In this document: in pieces, positions 48,626 to 51,643 of the stretch
Layout: each line of letters begins with the position of its first letter
Numbering within the stretch: position 1 is the first letter of the stretch
DNA from: Candidatus Poseidoniales archaeon
GTDB lineage: Archaea > Thermoplasmatota > Poseidoniia > Poseidoniales > Poseidoniaceae
NCBI GenBank assembly: GCA_028283345.1
Contig: JAPOGE010000002.1
Span: forward strand, 1 to 51,643
DNA length: 51,643 nt
Direction of reading: 5' to 3'
Translations under genes and position numbers: made by a program
The notes under the pieces: model-generated
Database searches by the model: none
What the model was told of the DNA's origin: nothing
The model's input: the letters and a program-made list of their open reading frames with translations, nothing else

Positions 48626-50457
48626 TCATCCTTCGACATATCTCCGGTCTGGATTGCCCATTGGTTGGAATAAACTCCTCCGGCATCCACCAGTTCCGAA
48701 TGCATACCGCGCTCTACCACCGCCCCATCTACCATCGAGATGATTTCGTCGGCATTGCGAATCGTCGATAATCGATGCGCCACAGCGATGGTTGTTCTCA
48801 GATTACCGGTCTGTAGCAGATTCCTCTGAATCCGACGTTCGGTCTCGGCATCGAGAGCACTGCTGGCCTCATCGAGTATCAACAGACTCGGGTGCTTGAG
48901 CAAGGCCCTGGCGAGGGAGACTCTCGACCTTTGACCTCCTGAGAGCATGACTCCACGCCCACCGACCATGGTCTCAACTCCATTTTCAAGTTCAGACACG
49001 AATTCTGCCGCCCCGGCGGTCTCTAACGCCCACGCCAACTCTTCATCATCAGCCTCTCTGGCATAGATCACATTATCTCGGATCGAGCCATAGAACAGGA
49101 ACGGATCCTGACTGACAAAGCCGAGATGTTCACGCAGCGAATTGAGAGATATTTTCTGGATATCGATGCCGTTGACGAGAATCCGGCCATGGTTGGGTTC
49201 GTAATAGCGCAATATCAGTTTTAGAATTGTCGATTTGCCGGCCCCGGTATGCCCCATGATACCGAGGAAATCACCTTGGTCAACCTTGAATGATATCCCG
49301 TTGAGTACCGGGGTTGTGGTCTCGGGATAGGTGAAGTGCACATCGCAGAATTCGATGCTGGTCATCGGCCCCTCAAGAGGTTTGACACCGTCGCGGTCGA
49401 CGATGCTGGGTTCCAGGTCGACCATCGCGAACACCCGGCGTGCCGCGGCCTCGCCACGTTGCAATTGGTTCACCAATATACCGAAAATAAACAGCGGCAT
49501 CGACATTCTGGTCATTATCAGCAGGAAGGTGACGAATCCACCGGTGGTGATTTCGCCTTCGCTCATCAGCCAGCCACCGACCGAGACCAATAGACCGTAG
49601 ACCAGTCCAGCGACGATATATAATCCGGGGATGAAGCGATTGCGGTCTTGGCTTGCACCGATTGCCTGGTCTCGATATCCTGCGCTCTCGCGAGCAACTC
49701 TCTCGGTCTCCCACTCCTGCGCATTATATGCCTGGACGACGGCGATTCCTGAAATCACATTCTCGAGCACGGCGTTGATATCACCGGTCGATTCGCGCTG
49801 TTTCCGGTACTTGCTCTGAACTCTGGTCGAGAACAGGTACACCATCGGAACGATGAGCAGAAGTGGGCCGAATAGCACCGCGGCAAGTTTCCACGACATC
49901 AGCATCAGAATGATGAATGCGGTGATGAAGGTTATGACGATACGAATTATTGAGGTTGAAGCATCTGAAATCACATCTTCCAACTGATTCACATCCGAGG
50001 ATAATACCGACATCAGAACCCCGGTCTGACGCATATCATAATACGAGGCTTCCATCTGTATCAGGTTGCGGGTAGCATCCATCCGAACGTCGTGCTGAAC
50101 CTTGTAACCGAGGGTCTGCCAACAATATTCTGAGATCCCCTGCCATAGCGCCAGACTAGCGAAGCCAAGAAAGATGAGAATTCCATAACCGATTGCCAGA
50201 TTGTCGGAGACCATGCTTAGAAGTTCAACCGGGCCCCTCGCACCGGCACCGCCATAATAATCGACGGCATAGCCGATGAATACAAACGGCATCAAATCGC
50301 TCGCCCGAGCCAGAGCATTCGATACTATCCCGACGCCAGCACGTTTCCGATACGGCTTGAAATAAGGTAGAACCCGCCAGATTTTTCGCCCGATGATCTG
50401 CTTCTCGTCGTCCTCGGGTTCTTCCCCGCGGGACGTGGCGGCGATGGCGCGCGTCAT
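48622..50457 (-). CDS. ABC exporter, fused permease/ATPase (ABCB/MsbA-like)
   Basis: It has a six-TM N-terminal half. The ATPase motifs are GHTGAGKSTIL (Walker A), LSGGQRSRVSLARAL (signature), LLILDEASSALD (Walker B) and AHRLSTI (H-loop). Confidence 0.85.
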   Translation of the reverse strand: MTRAIAATSRGEEPEDDEKQIIGRKIWRVLPYFKPYRKRAGVGIVSNALARASDLMPFVFIGYAVDYYGGAGARGPVELLSMVSDNLAIGYGILIFLGFASLALWQGISEYCWQTLGYKVQHDVRMDATRNLIQMEASYYDMRQTGVLMSVLSSDVNQLEDVISDASTSIIRIVITFITAFIILMLMSWKLAAVLFGPLLLIVPMVYLFSTRVQSKYRKQRESTGDINAVLENVISGIAVVQAYNAQEWETERVARESAGYRDQAIGASQDRNRFIPGLYIVAGLVYGLLVSVGGWLMSEGEITTGGFVTFLLIMTRMSMPLFIFGILVNQLQRGEAAARRVFAMVDLEPSIVDRDGVKPLEGPMTSIEFCDVHFTYPETTTPVLNGISFKVDQGDFLGIMGHTGAGKSTILKLILRYYEPNHGRILVNGIDIQKISLNSLREHLGFVSQDPFLFYGSIRDNVIYAREADDEELAWALETAGAAEFVSELENGVETMVGGRGVMLSGGQRSRVSLARALLKHPSLLILDEASSALDAETERRIQRNLLQTGNLRTTIAVAHRLSTIRNADEIISMVDGAVVERGMHSELVDAGGVYSNQWAIQTGDMSKDD

Positions 50458-50500
50458 GACTCGGCGGCAGCAATAGATGATATGAAATCTTGTTGCGCCA

Positions 50501-50519
50501 GACCCGACTGTGTCGGGTC
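50501..50519. promoter_or_regulatory. Perfect 8-bp inverted repeat in a divergent promoter region
   Basis: GACCCGAC-tgt-GTCGGGTC lies between the ABC exporter start (50457, minus) and the S8 protease start (50566, plus). CCCCacGGGG follows immediately. Confidence 0.25.
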
Positions 50520-50565
50520 ATCCCCACGGGGTAAGTGATAAGTCCTTGCGGAATCCTTGGCACAT

Positions 50566-51643
50566 CATGCGACGCTCTGCAACTTGGTCAGGTCTCCTGC
50601 TCTGCCTGCTTATCGTACAAGCGATGGCGCCACTCTCCGGCGCTTGGTCTTCGAGGGATGATATCACTGTCAGCCAAGACGATACCGATGCTCCGCTAGG
50701 ATTACTGGCGCAGATGAATATCCATCCGATCGCCGATTCCACCCATGGCTGGGGAGAACTCGACCGCGATGTTTACGCCGTAGGACTGATACACCGTGAC
50801 GCCTCGCCGGTGCCGATATCCGATTGGGTCGATTCCACTGGGGACAGAAGTATTGAGGGGTGGGTCATTCTACAGCATCGATGGCCGGTTCCCACGGAAT
50901 GGTTCGGTGAATTGGGCGATGCCGGAATTGAATGTTACAGTTTCTTGCCGCCGGCTTCGTTCCATTGTGAGGTACCGAAGATGAGCCCGGCTGAACTCAA
51001 ATCCCTCGAGGTCTTAGCGGTGATGAAACTCGACCCGACCGACAAGATTCGACCGGCCCTGGTTCAAGCAATGACCATTGGTCCAAGAGGTATGTTTGCC
51101 AGCCCGGAAGGCGCAACGATGAATCTAATGCTATCCGGCACTGAAATTCCAGACATCCCCAATTTGACCATATTCAGCCATAGTGGTAGATTCGCCACAG
51201 TGGCAACCGACCCTGAAGGGGTCAAAGCATTAGCAGAAAGTGGCGCAATCGAGTGGTTGGAAGAGAAACCCTTCTTCCTACCTTTCAACGATATCGCCCG
51301 CGACATCATGGGGGTTGACTTCATCTCCAGTACCTCAAGCATGAATGCTCATACCGGCGGCTGGAATGGCATGGATGGTACTGGAATTATCGTCACGGTC
51401 GCCGATACCGGAATTGATAATGGAGTGAACAATACCAATATGCACCCAGATTTCAAAGACCACTTTGCCGGAATCCTCGCGATACCGATGCCGCAGAGCA
51501 CCCAAGGCAACACCAATAATTGTGCTTCAGCCTGTTCCTATCTCTACGATGATGGGGCCGCTGATGAGGATAGTGGTCACGGAACCCATGTATCAGGTAG
51601 TGTGCTTGGAGATGGAACCGCATCTACAGGGGCAATTATGGGT
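50566..51643 (+). CDS. Second secreted subtilisin-like S8 protease, N-terminal part (runs off window end)
   Basis: Absent from the ORF track because it has no stop in the window. My own translation from ATG 50566 gives MRRSATWSGLLLCLLIVQAMA (signal peptide). It continues ...GTGIIVTVADTGIDNG (catalytic Asp) and ...DSGHGTHVSGSVLGDG (catalytic His). Confidence 0.8.

Noticed and set aside
1-51643. Mobile elements, prophage, CRISPR-Cas, toxin-antitoxin or restriction-modification modules.
   Set aside because: I saw no transposase, integrase, Cas, capsid or terminase, or R-M motifs in any frame. The only methyltransferase (3765..4388) matches the METTL5-like RNA methylase pattern and has no nuclease partner.

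Overview
Most of this 51.6-kb window is a tightly packed archaeal chromosome segment. No database search was possible, so all family calls come from motifs read in the supplied translations.

Evidence for an archaeal host:
- The nop5-flpA box C/D operon, TFS, PCNA, the exosome cap subunit Csl4, and an archaeal CTP-dependent riboflavin kinase.
- An archaeal-type aspartate-semialdehyde dehydrogenase and a METTL5-like methylase.
- TATA boxes about 25-35 nt upstream of start codons.
- Many bacterial or eukaryote-like genes are interspersed: Fpg, a SMUG1-type UDG, SCO1, fused IcmF, FadD, citrate synthase, Kbl and kexin-like S8 proteases.
- My inference, not proven, is an uncultured planktonic euryarchaeote of Marine Group II / Poseidoniales type.

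I support about 45 protein-coding genes. I saw no rRNA, tRNA, CRISPR array, transposase or integrase.

Genes often overlap by 4 nt (ATGA, GTGA, TTGA), and convergent genes share stop codons. The few long non-coding gaps therefore stand out.

Most interesting observations:
1. A three-gene operon at 13.4-18.5 kb. It encodes a DUF4388/DUF835-like protein, a large protein with a bacterial DnaA/Hda-like AAA+ domain but no recognisable DnaA DNA-binding domain IV, and a YkgJ Cys-cluster protein.
2. A two-gene insertion at 38.7-42.3 kb: a classical AAA ATPase with an unknown N-terminal region, and an overlapping Cys-cluster protein of unknown family. It sits behind a 427-bp non-coding stretch with little GC-rich sequence.
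3. A family of extragenic repeats with a conserved hairpin and two further conserved blocks, at five loci. The hairpin is often fused to a TAG stop codon.
4. Csl4 fused to two RRM domains with RGG linkers.
5. A radical-SAM/HhH protein translationally coupled to a SMUG1-type glycosylase.
6. A 1072-aa kexin-like protease whose signal peptide lies in a different reading frame.
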